DNA of 63,779 bases, filler included, from Octopus bimaculoides (taxonomy: Eukaryota), in the NCBI RefSeq assembly GCF_001194135.2. It is 5 parts of 4 records of this genome, joined end to end, with 100 filler letters (N's around TTAATTAATTAA, not from the genome) between each part and the next. Parts side by side here need not be neighbours in the genome. Positions count along the whole stretch, not along the records: positions 1 to 15,876 come from NC_068991.1; 4 more parts are not named here. One strand, written 5' to 3'. Made by a program: the position numbers and the translations under genes. The notes beneath the pieces were generated by a model, which made no database searches, was not told the origin of the DNA, and was given only the letters and a program-made list of their open reading frames with translations. This document shows positions 1-12,640 of this stretch, piece by piece. The first letter of the stretch is position 1. Every line of letters begins with the position of its first letter.

Positions 1-216
1 CTAGTATATATATAAATATGTGACCTAAATTTCAAAGAAAATGGTCACCAATCATACACTCCTGCACATCAATAGAAACATTTTGTCAGAGACATTCATG
101 CAGTTTTAGAGCTAAAAATAAGTGGTGAGACATCTTTGTAGATATACATAGCAACACCTCCATTTCTTTTTCTTCTCTCTGTATAAAACAACAGCTAAAT
201 TTCCCTTATATCATAT

Positions 217-265
<49 letters not shown>

Positions 266-939
266 AATGGGAGTGTACTTAGCCCAAAAAGGCTCTGAAA
301 CTGTGCATCCTCAAGCATAATCCCACCTATGATGTCGCAGGGCTTCTGGAAGCTGGAGCAAAGAGACAAGCATGCTGCGGTGGATGTAGATGAGCAGGAA
401 AACAAGCACTACCACTGCTTTTGCCACAAGCACAGAGGTCTTTGGGAAACAGGAGCAAAGCACTGAGCATGCTGCCATAGATGTGGACATCGGCCATGAG
501 GTGGCAACATGCCACTAGGGTGATGTACATCTCCTGATGGAGATGGACATGATCTCGCCCACAAAACTCATCTGTAAATAATAATAAGTATAATTTGCCA
601 TGATAAACCAAATTTTAGATCAACTACTGCTCTCTCTATGTGTCACCATCCATCAACCTCTCTGTATTATCTGCCACACTTCTTATCATTCACTCTCTGT
701 GTTTATGTAATGTCTCTCACACATTGCTTTCATTTTGTCTAGAACTGTCTTCTAATGTATACTTTCATTTTATTATAGCTATCCCGTACTATTGCTGTCT
801 TCTGGTAGAGTAAAATTGCTGGAATGTGGAATGTCTGTAACATTTTCCTAATTTTTTTTTTTCTGATATAAATGAATCACAAACTCAGATTCAGTATGGA
901 AAAGTACATCAATACACCAAATTTGAAAATGTTCACTTA

Positions 940-1590
940 AACGGAAGCTATCAACTATTTCTAGTTTTTCTCCCTGGAATGTGGCAGAAGTTATTCTCTG
1001 CACATTTTCAGTGTTTATTGCTCCTGAGCATTTGCCACATACAAAAATGATCTTCCTAGTTAGCCTTCCTTTGATATCGCTGCACTTCTTATGTGTCCAT
1101 AGCTTACACTGGGTACATCTTACAGAGTTTCTACCTACGCCTTTTCTACAGATCAAGCAGGGCCATCTACCTGAAGGGGTTTGTGGTTTGTCTACCTTCC
1201 TACTTATTAGGACTTTGGTTTTAGCTAGGATGACTCTAAGGCCCTTCAAATCTAATCCTTGCTTCCACACCTGAAACATCTCCTCTAGTTCTGATAATGA
1301 CTTAGCAATTAGTGCAAGGTCATCAGCATAGAGGAGCTCCCAGGGACATCCTGTCTTGAATTCTTGTGTTATTGCTCGGAGGACTATGATAAATAGGAGG
1401 GGGCTGAGGACTGAACCTTGGTGGACCCCTACCGCTACCCGGAATTCATCACTGTACTCGTTGCCAACTCTCACTTTGCACAGATCTCACTAACCATTCA
1501 TCTATCCCTAGTTTCCTCCTTGACCACCAGATAAGGGATTGGGGGACCCTGCCAAAGGCTTTCTCCATGTCAACGAAAGCCAGGTACAGA
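940..1590 (-). mobile_element. RTE-clade non-LTR retrotransposon fragment (reverse transcriptase plus Cys-rich PHD-like insert), decayed
   Basis: Minus strand reads LYLAFVDMEKAF (~1552-1590), then GVHQGSVLSPLLF and ELLYADDL RT motifs, then CLICRK..CTQCKLWTHKKC..CGKC. There is an internal deletion between the first motif and the 848..1474 ORF, and the 5' side is cut by a CA microsatellite. Confidence 0.85.
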
Positions 1591-2279
1591 GATACACACA
1601 CACACACATAGTTATGGTATATTGTGTCAAGAATGTAGTAGAGTACTGTATAAAATCTCGTCCACCTTCAGATTTCACCATGCTATCCATTGGTAGTATT
1701 ATCTGTACTTCCAGATTTGCATTTGGGCTTCTGTCACATATGAATAGATAACTGAAAAAATTGGAGCCAACAAGAAGGAGTATTGTTGGACATTTATTCT
1801 CAATCATTACAATTCTTTCTATGCAACGTAGTTCTCCAGGCATGCAAGCACTTGATTATACAACTGTTTCCTGAATTATGAGATCTTGTAGTGTTTCCTT
1901 AGGCGATATGTAAATATTGTCTCTGTAAGTTCAAATTCTCAGCTTCAATAGCTTCTTCTATGTCTGTCATGGCCTGAAGTTAGTAAGTAGCCACTGAGCT
2001 TATCAGTTGGCAAACTGCTTTGAATGTGTAGATAAAGTGTGATGGTGATTCTGCTATTGTTAAAGTGGTTGCCATTTTAAAGGGACTGGCATTTGATTTC
2101 TTTATACTATTGATTTGTTCTTCATGGTTGGTTACACATGCGACTGTCCTTAGCTGACCTTTAAGAATCAGCCCATACATACACATACATGGTCGTTTAC
2201 ATATACATACTAACATTTGGAGATAGACACACGTGCACACACACACATACATATGCACACACATAAACAGATGCATGCG

Positions 2280-2309
<30 letters not shown>

Positions 2310-2316
<7 letters not shown>

Positions 2317-3041
2317 AAACTAACACCTCGATCGCCATTATATACAAACAAACCATCTTCTACCACTGTTATAAATATATTCAAGCGCGGGCGTAGTGGA
2401 GAGCAGCCTACTGTATCCATCACGTGACTAATTATTATTTGAAGCGGCAACTGCTTCGTACCGTTCCCACCAGAACGCAAACTGACCAATCACAGCCCTA
2501 ATAAGGTCACGTGATAGTGTTCTTCTAATGCCTCTCTGGAGCCCCTAGTTTGCTTTAAATAGACTAAATTATACCCGGCAAATTCGTCGCGGTTCAGTTC
2601 TCTTAGAGACCTGTTCTGTGTACCACACAGCAGCAGCAGCCAGCGACAACAATCACAGCTTCGTACAACTACGACTACCAGCAGCAACACGACTCTACGA
2701 CTACTACCAGCATCACCGCCAGTCAACACGATACTACTACTACCAGCGTCCCCGACAGCATCAACATGATTCTACGTACACCAGCTAACCAAAACTACCG
2801 CAGAACTTCTAACTCTGTTTGTGCGATTCACCTTCGCCACGATAGACAACAGACAAGAACCCAGCCTGCGAGGAACATCTGTATACAAGAACCGGGCTTG
2901 GCATGGAAGCCCTAACATCACAACGAGTGATCGCCCTGCCCCACACGCCTCAACTTCTTACATACAGACACATACCACTGTGTACTCTAAGAACTGGTAT
3001 AAATGCTCACACGTGTTACTGACTCTTTTTCTATCTGCTGT
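2310..3041 (+). promoter_or_regulatory. CpG-rich Pol II promoter-like segment, possibly an LTR (starts TG directly after a (TA)n tract; right end lost in gap)
   Basis: E-boxes TCACGTGAC 2420-2428 and GTCACGTGA 2506-2514, CCAAT 2486-2490, AT-rich TATA-like tract 2554-2573, Inr-like TCAGTT 2594-2599, followed by CAG/ACT low-complexity leader. Confidence 0.4.
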
Positions 3042-3787
3042 NNNNNNNNNNNNNNNNNNNNNNNNNNNNNNNNNNNNNNNNNNNNNNNNNNNNNNNNNNN
3101 NNNNNNNNNNNNNNNNNNNNNNNNNNNNNNNNNNNNNNNNNNNNNNNNNNNNNNNNNNNNNNNNNNNNNNNNNNNNNNNNNNNNNNNNNNNNNNNNNNNN
3201 NNNNNNNNNNNNNNNNNNNNNNNNNNNNNNNNNNNNNNNNNNNNNNNNNNNNNNNNNNNNNNNNNNNNNNNNNNNNNNNNNNNNNNNNNNNNNNNNNNNN
3301 NNNNNNNNNNNNNNNNNNNNNNNNNNNNNNNNNNNNNNNNNNNNNNNNNNNNNNNNNNNNNNNNNNNNNNNNNNNNNNNNNNNNNNNNNNNNNNNNNNNN
3401 NNNNNNNNNNNNNNNNNNNNNNNNNNNNNNNNNNNNNNNNNNNNNNNNNNNNNNNNNNNNNNNNNNNNNNNNNNNNNNNNNNNNNNNNNNNNNNNNNNNN
3501 NNNNNNNNNNNNNNNNNNNNNNNNNNNNNNNNNNNNNNNNNNNNNNNNNNNNNNNNNNNNNNNNNNNNNNNNNNNNNNNNNNNNNNNNNNNNNNNNNNNN
3601 NNNNNNNNNNNNNNNNNNNNNNNNNNNNNNNNNNNNNNNNNNNNNNNNNNNNNNNNNNNNNNNNNNNNNNNNNNNNNNNNNNNNNNNNNNNNNNNNNNNN
3701 NNNNNNNNNNNNNNNNNNNNNNNNNNNNNNNNNNNNNNNNNNNNNNNNNNNNNNNNNNNNNNNNNNNNNNNNNNNNNNNNNATATAT

Positions 3788-6700
3788 ATATATAATTTAG
3801 AGAAAAAAAAAAAAAAATTATTTAATTTATCCATGAAAGACAACAATCACATATAGAAAAATTTAATAAAAAGACCTATAATAAAAATAAAAAAGTTCAA
3901 AGTAATAAATATTAACATAGTAAAATGACTACATGTGTTTCATAACCATATTTTCAAATAGAAAATGAAATTTAAAAAATCAAATTGATTCAAAATAAAT
4001 CGATCGAAAATCAATTCTATTCAAAAATATAGCTAATATTCAGGTCAAAATGCAATAATAATAATAAAATCAATGTATATATTTCAACTAGCAATAAATA
4101 TCAAATGAATTTATATAAAAATACTTATTTACCAATAAATAAAAGAAAAAAATTTTAACAATATTACTGAAAATAAATGCAATACTTATCTTATTGAAGC
4201 TTTAGTTTAAACTAAAATTTTAAATGTTATACTTTTAACTTAGCGTTTATTAGAATTAAGTCGCATGTCTCTAAATTATATATTTATATATTATACATTG
4301 TGAAATTTAATTTAATTTTAATAAATTAAATTGAATTTTTCCCTGTAAATTTGGAATTTTTTCCCTAATATTATTATCATAATTATTTTAATATTTCAAT
4401 TTATAACTAATATTTATTGTTTGTATTTCACTTTCAATTTTTGTTAGTTATGGAATTTACAGGCGGGATAGAACTGCTGTTTTGTAATTCATCTTTGAAG
4501 GATATTCCCATTCCATCTAGAAATGAATATATTTTGAAACTTATTAATAATGTTAAGGATTTTATTACTAGGATTAAATGGAAAGCCTACTATAATAATT
4601 ATAATATATCTAATAACGATGTAGAAAATTCCATTTATATTAATTCAAAATTTAAATCTAGAAAAGAACCCCCATATAATAGGGATATACAGATTTTAGA
4701 GGATAATATTTGGAAGGTCGTGAAAAATATTAAATTTCATAAATACCCAAATCGACATAATGATTATTTAAGAAATCTAGCTATCAAAATAAAAGAAATG
4801 CGAACTATGGATGGAATTATAGTACAATCAGATAAAACTAGGAACCTGTATAAACTATATGTTAAATTATATGATAACCTATTAGAGAAAGAAATTAATA
4901 AAAAATATAAAATTGTTACAGAAAAAACTCTTTATTCTATAAATAAGGCCTCTAAATTAATAATGATGAAATATAAGTTACATAATAAAACTGAACCGTA
5001 TGTACCTATGCACCTTAGAATTACTTTGAAAGACCATAAGGATAATTTTTATTCTGACCCTAAATTTAGGCTTATTTGTCCTTGTAAATCAGATCTAGGT
5101 AAATTAAATAAGATCATTTTAGATAAATATAAAGATAGATGAAATTATATTAATTACCTTAAATTATGGAATAGTATTATAGATACTTTGAAACAGTTTA
5201 ATAATATTAAAGATAAAAATAGATATAACTTTATTCCAATATATATAGATAATTATTATTCTTCTATTAATGAGATTGCACTTAATAAGGCCCTAATTTA
5301 TGCAATGAAGAAGGTAGGTATGACTTATGATGAAGTTAATGTAGTTAAAATGGCTGGGAAATCGTTGATTAAATATAATAAATTGTGGGCTAGGAAGGAT
5401 ACTAGGCACTATTTTCATATACCAATGGGGGCACCCGATTCAGCACAGGTAACTGATTTAGCAGGTATATATTTATTTATTATCAGAGTGGAGACGCAAT
5501 GGCCCAGTGGTTAGGACAGCAGACTCGCGGTCATAGGATCACGGTTTCGATTCCCAGACCGGGTGTTGTGAGTGTTTATTGAGCGAAAACACCAAAAGCT
5601 CCATGAGGCTCCGGCAGGGGGATGGTGGTGAACCCTGCTGTACTCTTTCACCACAACTTTCTCTCACTCTTATTTCCTGTTTCTGTTGTGCCTGTAATTC
5701 AAAGGGTCAGCCTTGTCACACTGTGTCACGCTGAATATCCCCGAGAACTACGTTAAGAGTACACATGTCTGTGGAGTGCTCAGCCACTTGCACGTTAATT
5801 TCACGAGTAGGCTGTTCTGTTGATCGGATCAACTGGAACCCTCGTCGTTGTAAGCGACGGAGTGCCAACAACAACAACATTTATTATCAGAACTTCAATT
5901 GGAAAACTTAAAATTGGAGGGTGGTTTATATAGGGATGACCTTTTATTACTAAGAATTGCACCAGTAGAACATTAGAATTATATAAGAAACTATATAGTT
6001 TTTTTTTAAAGAAATGGATTAACAATTACTATATATAATGAGAACTATAATGTTAATTATTTAGATGCTAATTTTAATTTAATAACAGGTAATACCCAAC
6101 CATTCCATAAAATTAATGAAAACATTAGATATATTAATGCTAATAGTAATCATCCACACTCAATTAAGAAATCATTAACATATAATATAGGTAAGAGAAT
6201 ATCGTTACTTTCTTCTAATTTTGAGATTTTCCAAAAACATGCACCTCATTATAATGAAGCCCTCCGTGAGGCGGGATATACTAATAATATTCAATCTTTA
6301 ATAATTCGAAATATAATTACAATATCAAAGATTATAATATTAATGATCCATCTATTTTCTATAATAATAAACATAACATTAAGAATTATGATAAGGTCTA
6401 CTTAGGTAATAATGGTAATAATAATAATAATAATAATGATAAGAATAATAAAAACATAAACATAATTATAATGGAGAAAGTAATAAGATTAAATTTAATT
6501 CCTTTATTGATAATAATAAGATTAATAATATAAATAATAAATATAATAATATCAATAATAAGAACAAAATTTGGCTAATTATTCCTTACGGCATTCAAGT
6601 TAAAACTAACATTATTAAAGAGATTTTAAATATAATTGATATATTCCTTAGAGATAATAAAAAATATAATATTTTTTCTAGTAATAATTGGGGAGTTTGT

Positions 6701-7283
6701 TATTCTACTACTAATAATGTTGGTAACATTATTTCTTCTTTTAATAGATTTAGGTTAAATAAGTTTTACAAATATAAATTAAATACTTATTCTAATAATA
6801 ATAATAAGGACCAGGATATAATTAATTGTACATGTAGAGATAAGACCAAATGTAAATTTATTAACAAATGTGATTTGAAGGATGTGGTGTATAAATGTAT
6901 AGTGACTTTAATTGATGGGAATAAATTTAATGGTTATAATTTAAATAAGATTTACATAGGATCGACTTTGAATAAAATTAAGTTACGTGTGGCTCAACAC
7001 ATGAATTTCTTCAAAGATTAGAAATTTGATCAATTCTACTGGCCTTAGTAAATATATTTGGGAACTAAAGTCTAAAAATATTAAATACATTTTAAATTGG
7101 GAAATAGTTTGTAAGGTGAAATCTTATCGAATAGGTAGTAATTTTTGAATGTTGTGTACTAATGAATTTAAGGAGATATTATTAAATAATAATAATACTT
7201 TAACTCCCTTGATGAACGTAAAATTAAATGTAGACATAAATTAAATTGTTTATATAGTAAGTTTAGCTAATTGTGCATATATA

Positions 7284-7327
<44 letters not shown>

Positions 7328-8280
7328 CATATACATATATATACACACACATAAACCCTATTTTATGTTTACTAATTGTAGTAGTTATAATTTGTACTTA
7401 TAAAGTGTGTATTAATTAGTACGAAAATATTATATATTAATAATTAAATGATACTATGATTTTTATTAATAAATAATTTAAATATTTTAATTAATTTATT
7501 TAATGTAAATATATTAATTTATAGTATTTTAGCTAATAGTATCTTACCTAGTATTTTATCTAATTTATGTATTTTAGTTTTAATTTATTAGACTTTAAAA
7601 ATATTTAGAATTAAAATTTTTCTAGTAAGTGTTTATAATAAAGTTAATTTTTCATTATGATTACAGCTAAAATGTATTTTGATTTTATAAATAAAACTTA
7701 AATACATATTTATATATCTCTTTATTCTATTACTTTTCTTCATGCTATATTTCCATGCGACTTAATTCTAATAAACGCTAAGTTAAAAGTATAACGTTTA
7801 AAATTTTAGTTTAAACTAAAGCTTTGATAAGATAAGTATTGCATTTATTTTCAGTAATGTTGTTAAATGTTTTTCTTTTATTTATTGGTAAAATAAGTAT
7901 TTTTATATAAATTCATTTGATATTTATTGTTAGTCGAAATATGTACATTGATTTTATTATTATTATTGTATTTTGACCTGAAAGATTAGCTATATTTTTG
8001 AATAGAATTGATTTTCAATCGATTTGATTTTTATTTTCCATTTGAAAATATGGTTATGAAACATTTGTAATCATTTTTACTATTTTAATATTTATTACTT
8101 TGTACTTTTTTGATTTTTATTATAGGTCTTTTCAGTGTATTTACTTATTAAACTTTTCTATATGTGATTGTGGATTTTCATGGATAAATTAAATAATTGT
8201 GTTTTTTTTTCTCTAAATTATATATTTATATATTATATATTGTGAAATTTAATTTAATTTTGGAATTTTTTCCCTAATAT
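3788..8280 (+). mobile_element. Penelope-like element 1 (RT + C-terminal GIY-YIG endonuclease), decayed, with inverted and tandem pseudo-LTR copies
   Basis: ORF pieces from 4417 to ~7270 give SLKDIPIPS, SDKTRNLY, ITLKDHK..RLICPCKSDLG, MGAPDSAQVTDLAG, GLYRDD, VNYLD, SNHPHSI, NCTCR..C, VVYKC..YIGST..R..H, LSKYIWELK, CRH, with several frameshifts and stops. 3788-4267 is the reverse complement of 7754-8225; 4268-4371 directly repeats 8210-8280. Confidence 0.9.
5488..5878 (+). mobile_element. Full-length tRNA-derived SINE (family A) inserted in PLE-1 RT
   Basis: A-box-like TGGCCCAGTGG and B-box-like GGTTTCGATTC head, (CAA)n tail, flanked by exact 13-bp TSD ATTTATTATCAGA at 5475-5487 and 5879-5891. 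Confidence 0.9.
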
Positions 8281-8350
8281 ATATATAATACTAAGTATGC
8301 TATAGAAAGTATGGGCTATTTACAGAGTACTCATAGAAAACCAATGTGAA

Positions 8351-8957
8351 AAAATGCAGAGTAGAGGAAATTGAAATCATAAATCATAGGCAATAAAACA
8401 GATTCCCAAATGCATAAATGAAGATATTCAATCAATGTAATTGAATCATATATATTTATGCACATCAACAAAAATCATGCATGTACAGGCATAAAGATTC
8501 TCCAAGAGTATAAAGAATAAAACCAAACATACAAAAAAATATAGAAGAAATATAAAAATACAAATAAATAAAGATTACATGTAAAGAATTATGCATGATA
8601 AATATAGGAAGTGCAAAATGCACGAGAAGTTGATAAATATAGGAATAAACGTTTTTGTTTTATCTTTATCAACCTCTCATTTGTTTTGCACCTCTTATAT
8701 TTATCATGCATAACTCTTTACATGTAATCTTTATTTATATGTAATTTTATATGTATTTTTATGTTTTTATATTTCTTTGACATTTTTATGTATGTTTGGT
8801 TTTATTCTTTATACCCTTGGAGAATCTTTACACCTGTACATGCAGGATTTATGTTGATGTGTATAAATATATATGAATCAAATACATTGATTGAATATCT
8901 TCATTTATGCATTCAGGAATCTGATTTGCATTTTCAATTTCCTCTACTCTGTATTTT
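8351..8957. repeat. Long imperfect inverted repeat (foldback), arms ~290 bp, very short spacer near 8650
   Basis: For example AAAATGCAGAGTAGAGGAAATTGAAA (8351-) pairs with TTTCAATTTCCTCTACTCTGTATTTT (-8957). Matching continues block by block to the centre. Confidence 0.9.
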
Positions 8958-8994
<37 letters not shown>

Positions 8995-9510
8995 NNNNNN
9001 NNNNNNNNNNNNNNNNNNNNNNNNNNNNNNNNNNNNNNNNNNNNNNNNNNNNNNNNNNNNNNNNNNNNNNNNNNNNNNNNNNNNNNNNNNNNNNNNNNNN
9101 NNNNNNNNNNNNNNNNNNNNNNNNNNNNNNNNNNNNNNNNNNNNNNNNNNNNNNNNNNNNNNNNNNNNNNNNNNNNNNNNNNNNNNNNNNNNNNNNNNNN
9201 NNNNNNNNNNNNNNNNNNNNNNNNNNNNNNNNNNNNNNNNNNNNNNNNNNNNNNNNNNNNNNNNNNNNNNNNNNNNNNNNNNNNNNNNNNNNNNNNNNNN
9301 NNNNNNNNNNNNNNNNNNNNNNNNNNNNNNNNNNNNNNNNNNNNNNNNNNNNNNNNNNNNNNNNNNNNNNNNNNNNNNNNNNNNNNNNNNNNNNNNNNNN
9401 NNNNNNNNNNNNNNNNNNNNNNNNNNNNNNNNNNNNNNNNNNNNNNNNNNNNNNNNNNNNNNNNNNNNNNNNNNNNNNNNNNNNNNNNNNNNNNNNNNNN
9501 NNNNNNNNNT

Positions 9511-11673
9511 ATGCATGCTAGACACATGGACAAGCACACACACATACATATAGAAATACAACCAGATCCATGCATACATCGATAGTGGGAGAGGGAGAGG
9601 GAGAGAGTTCACTGAATTACTATTCTTTGACTAATATATCCATCAAAATCAGACATAGTATGTATAAGCAAAAACATCATAGATAAAATAATGCCCTAGC
9701 TCAAAATTAAGATTGGACTTTCCTTATCGTCAGACACTAGGAGGCAACAGGATGGTTTAAAAAAATAGAAAAAACAAAAAACTCAAAATTTATACAATTA
9801 GAGATAGGTAACTACTACTCCAAAATTAACCATATAATACTCAATAAAGCACTCATATTTGCAATGAAAAATTCCAGCCTATCTAAGTCAGATGTAGACT
9901 GTAGACATAATATTAACAGCACCAGAAACCATTATTAATTATGACAGCAAACTATGGACGAGATCAGATAGAACGAATTCCTTTGATATATTAATGGGTT
10001 TGAGTGACCCAGCACAGGTAACAGATATTGTAGGAATTTACATCTTATTCCACATTAAATCCTCATTCTCACAAATAGCAGGAGGCCTATACAGAGACAA
10101 TGCCCTTTTCGTAATAGATAATTGTGCTAAGGTAGAAATAGAAAGAAACAGAAAAAAACTAGACAAATTATTTAAAAACTTTGGCCTATCTATAACCATA
10201 GACAGTAATTACTGTAAGATAAATTTCCTAGATCCTACTTTTAACTTAGAAACAGGGATCCACAAACCATACCATAAATCTAAAGTCCAATCATCCACCA
10301 TCCATAACGAAAGAAATAGTTAGGAGCATGGCCACCGGTATATCATGCCTGTCAGCCAACGAGACAATATTCAACATACATGCACCTTACTACAATGAAG
10401 CACTAGCTAGAGTTGAGTATAAGGGAAAAAAATCAACTTCATACCTGGCAAAGCCCTAAATAATACTAATACCCATACACCTAAAGGAGAAAACACACAC
10501 AACATGAAAAACAACAAACACATAACAAGAAAAACACAAAAGCCCAAGATACTATAGAAAGATAGGAAGAAATAAACAAAACCTGAAATAATAACAATAA
10601 TAGCAAAACTGAAGTACAAAATGCCAAGAACACACAATATAGGTCAAAGGAACCAAAGAAAAAATACAAAAATTTCGAGGTCTTATGGTATTTTCGGATT
10701 GCGAATACCATCAAAGATAGGTAAACAATTCCTTGCAGCAATAGACAGGTGATTCCTTAAAGCACATAAATACCGTTGTATCTTCAACAAGTACACAGTG
10801 AAAGTATCATATGCCACATCCAATAACATGGAGTACTACATACACAAATAGAATTAAAAAAATATACATGCAAACAACAACCACAGATAAGGAACAAACA
10901 GAACAAAACACAGGGTATAGGACAAATAACAAAAATAAACACAATAGGGATCACAAAAACATGGATAGTGACCCCTGGTAGTTATAATAGGATCTAGACA
11001 AAATCTCAAAACAGAATCAACAAAACAGGCAATAATATCAAGAACACTCCAGACACTGCTAATCAACTGGAACATTATAAAAACTAAAGCAAATAGTCAC
11101 CAAATAACTACAAAAATAATAATAGTGCAAATCATTGCAGCTGTCACAAGAAATCTCCATGTCCACTCATGAACCAATGCAGGCAAAAAAACATCTTATA
11201 CAAATGCACAATCACCACAACACAACATAAATACACATATATAGGAGCCTCCGAAAACCAATTGAAGGACCATTGTCGCAACCATATCTCCTCTTTCCAT
11301 AAGATAAGTTGGCAACACACAACATCACTAGCAGACCTTATATGGAGATTAAAAGAAGGAAAAATAAAATATGAAATAGAATGGTCAATAATAAAAAATG
11401 TACACCCATATAATATACTATTTGGCGTATGTAACTTGCGTCTTGAGGAAGCTTTGTGCATTCTGTTAAGTAACGGAAGGTTGGTAAAGAAGCACACTGA
11501 GAAAATCCCAAGATGTTGTTACTACACCAAATTTGATTTTTCCAGATACAACACACTAGAACCATAATTCAGTGAACCCTCTCCCTCTACCCTTCCTTCC
11601 ATCCATGTGTGTGTGGGTCTGGTTGTATTTCTATATTTACATACGCATACCTGTCCATATATCTAACATGCAT
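9511..11673 (+). mobile_element. Penelope-like element 2 (RT + GIY-YIG), decayed, with inverted terminal duplication
   Basis: 9994..10323 MGLSDPAQVTDIVGIYIL..GGLYRDN..INFLD; 11169..11567 ILYKC..YIGASE..H..TSLADLIWRLK..W..CNL. 9511-9619 is the reverse complement of 11565-11673. Confidence 0.85.
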
Positions 11674-11689
11674 GGATGTATGTATCTAC

Positions 11690-11733
<44 letters not shown>

Positions 11734-11999
11734 GTAGCGGCCATAATATAAGGGTCAGTAAGAACAAGTGTATTGAAATATTTATTATAGAAGATTAACA
11801 AAACATTGAGACTAGATATTTTACACAAATTTAGATATACCTAATATCTATCATTTGTGAAAATTTCAAGTGAATGGAATAAATATTTCATAAGTTATGA
11901 AGAAATAAACAAATAATCTTCCAAATTGTAATGGCCAAAATTTAAGGCTCACTTAGAAAAACAGTGAAAAATAGAACAAGAACAAAAAAGAAAACCTTA

Positions 12000-12640
12000 C
12001 TAGTAAAATTTTGTGAACAGCCCTTTACTATCAATGACCTCCTGACATCCGTCACCAGAGGACTGATTCAATTTCTTGCAAAATGATGGAGTAATATTGT
12101 TCCATTTGTTTTTCAATAATTCCTAGAGTTCATCTTGGTTCTTTAGATTTCTCATCGCCCCCCCACTCCAATAATCTTCCAAACATTTCCTACAGGAATG
12201 AGATCAGGACTTTGAGGTAGCCAGCCCAAGAGATCAACCCTTTCATCACTCAAAATATCTTTGACTCTCTTTGCAGTGTGACAGGGAGCGTTGTGCTTCA
12301 TGAAGATAGGAAGTTGAACTGATGAGGATTAGAAATGTGGAAGGGCATGCTGTCTAAGAATCTGCTTGTAGATTTCAACACTGACAGTTCCTTCTAGGCG
12401 AATAAGTGGACCAGGACCAGCAACAAAGATCACTCCCCATACCATTACACTGCCTCCTCCATATTTCACTGTCTTCTTCACACATGCACAAGATAACCTT
12501 TTGTCATTTTTTCGTCGGACGTACATTCTGCCATCGGAACCAATCACATTAAACTTCAATTCATCACTAAAATGAACCTGCGACTACTGTTCTTCTGTCC
12601 AAATGACATGTTCGTGAGTGAAACGAAGACAGACTCTCTT
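12000..12640 (-). mobile_element. Tc1-family transposase relic
   Basis: Minus strand FSDE.KF..GSDG, TVKYGGGSVMVWG, HNAPCH, PQSPDL.P motifs of the DDE catalytic domain, with stops. Confidence 0.85.

Noticed and set aside
211-611. Two short minus-strand ORFs
   Set aside because: No recognisable motif, one runs into (TA)n, and there is no convincing splice or homology support.
1980-2489. 169-aa minus-strand ORF
   Set aside because: Reads through TA and CA microsatellites (YIYI, CVCV) and has no domain signature.
2821-3846. Long ORFs containing X runs (here and at all other gaps)
   Set aside because: Artefacts of translating through N.
5140-7148. In-frame TGA codons in PLE-1 (5140-5142; 7146-7148 at the first Cys of the C-x-L-C motif) as possible selenocysteine, by analogy with selenoprotein-encoding Naiad PLEs
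   Set aside because: The copy also has TAG stops and multiple frameshifts, TGT to TGA is a single change, no SECIS was seen, and the domain order is not Naiad-type. Only a family consensus retaining TGA would revive the idea.
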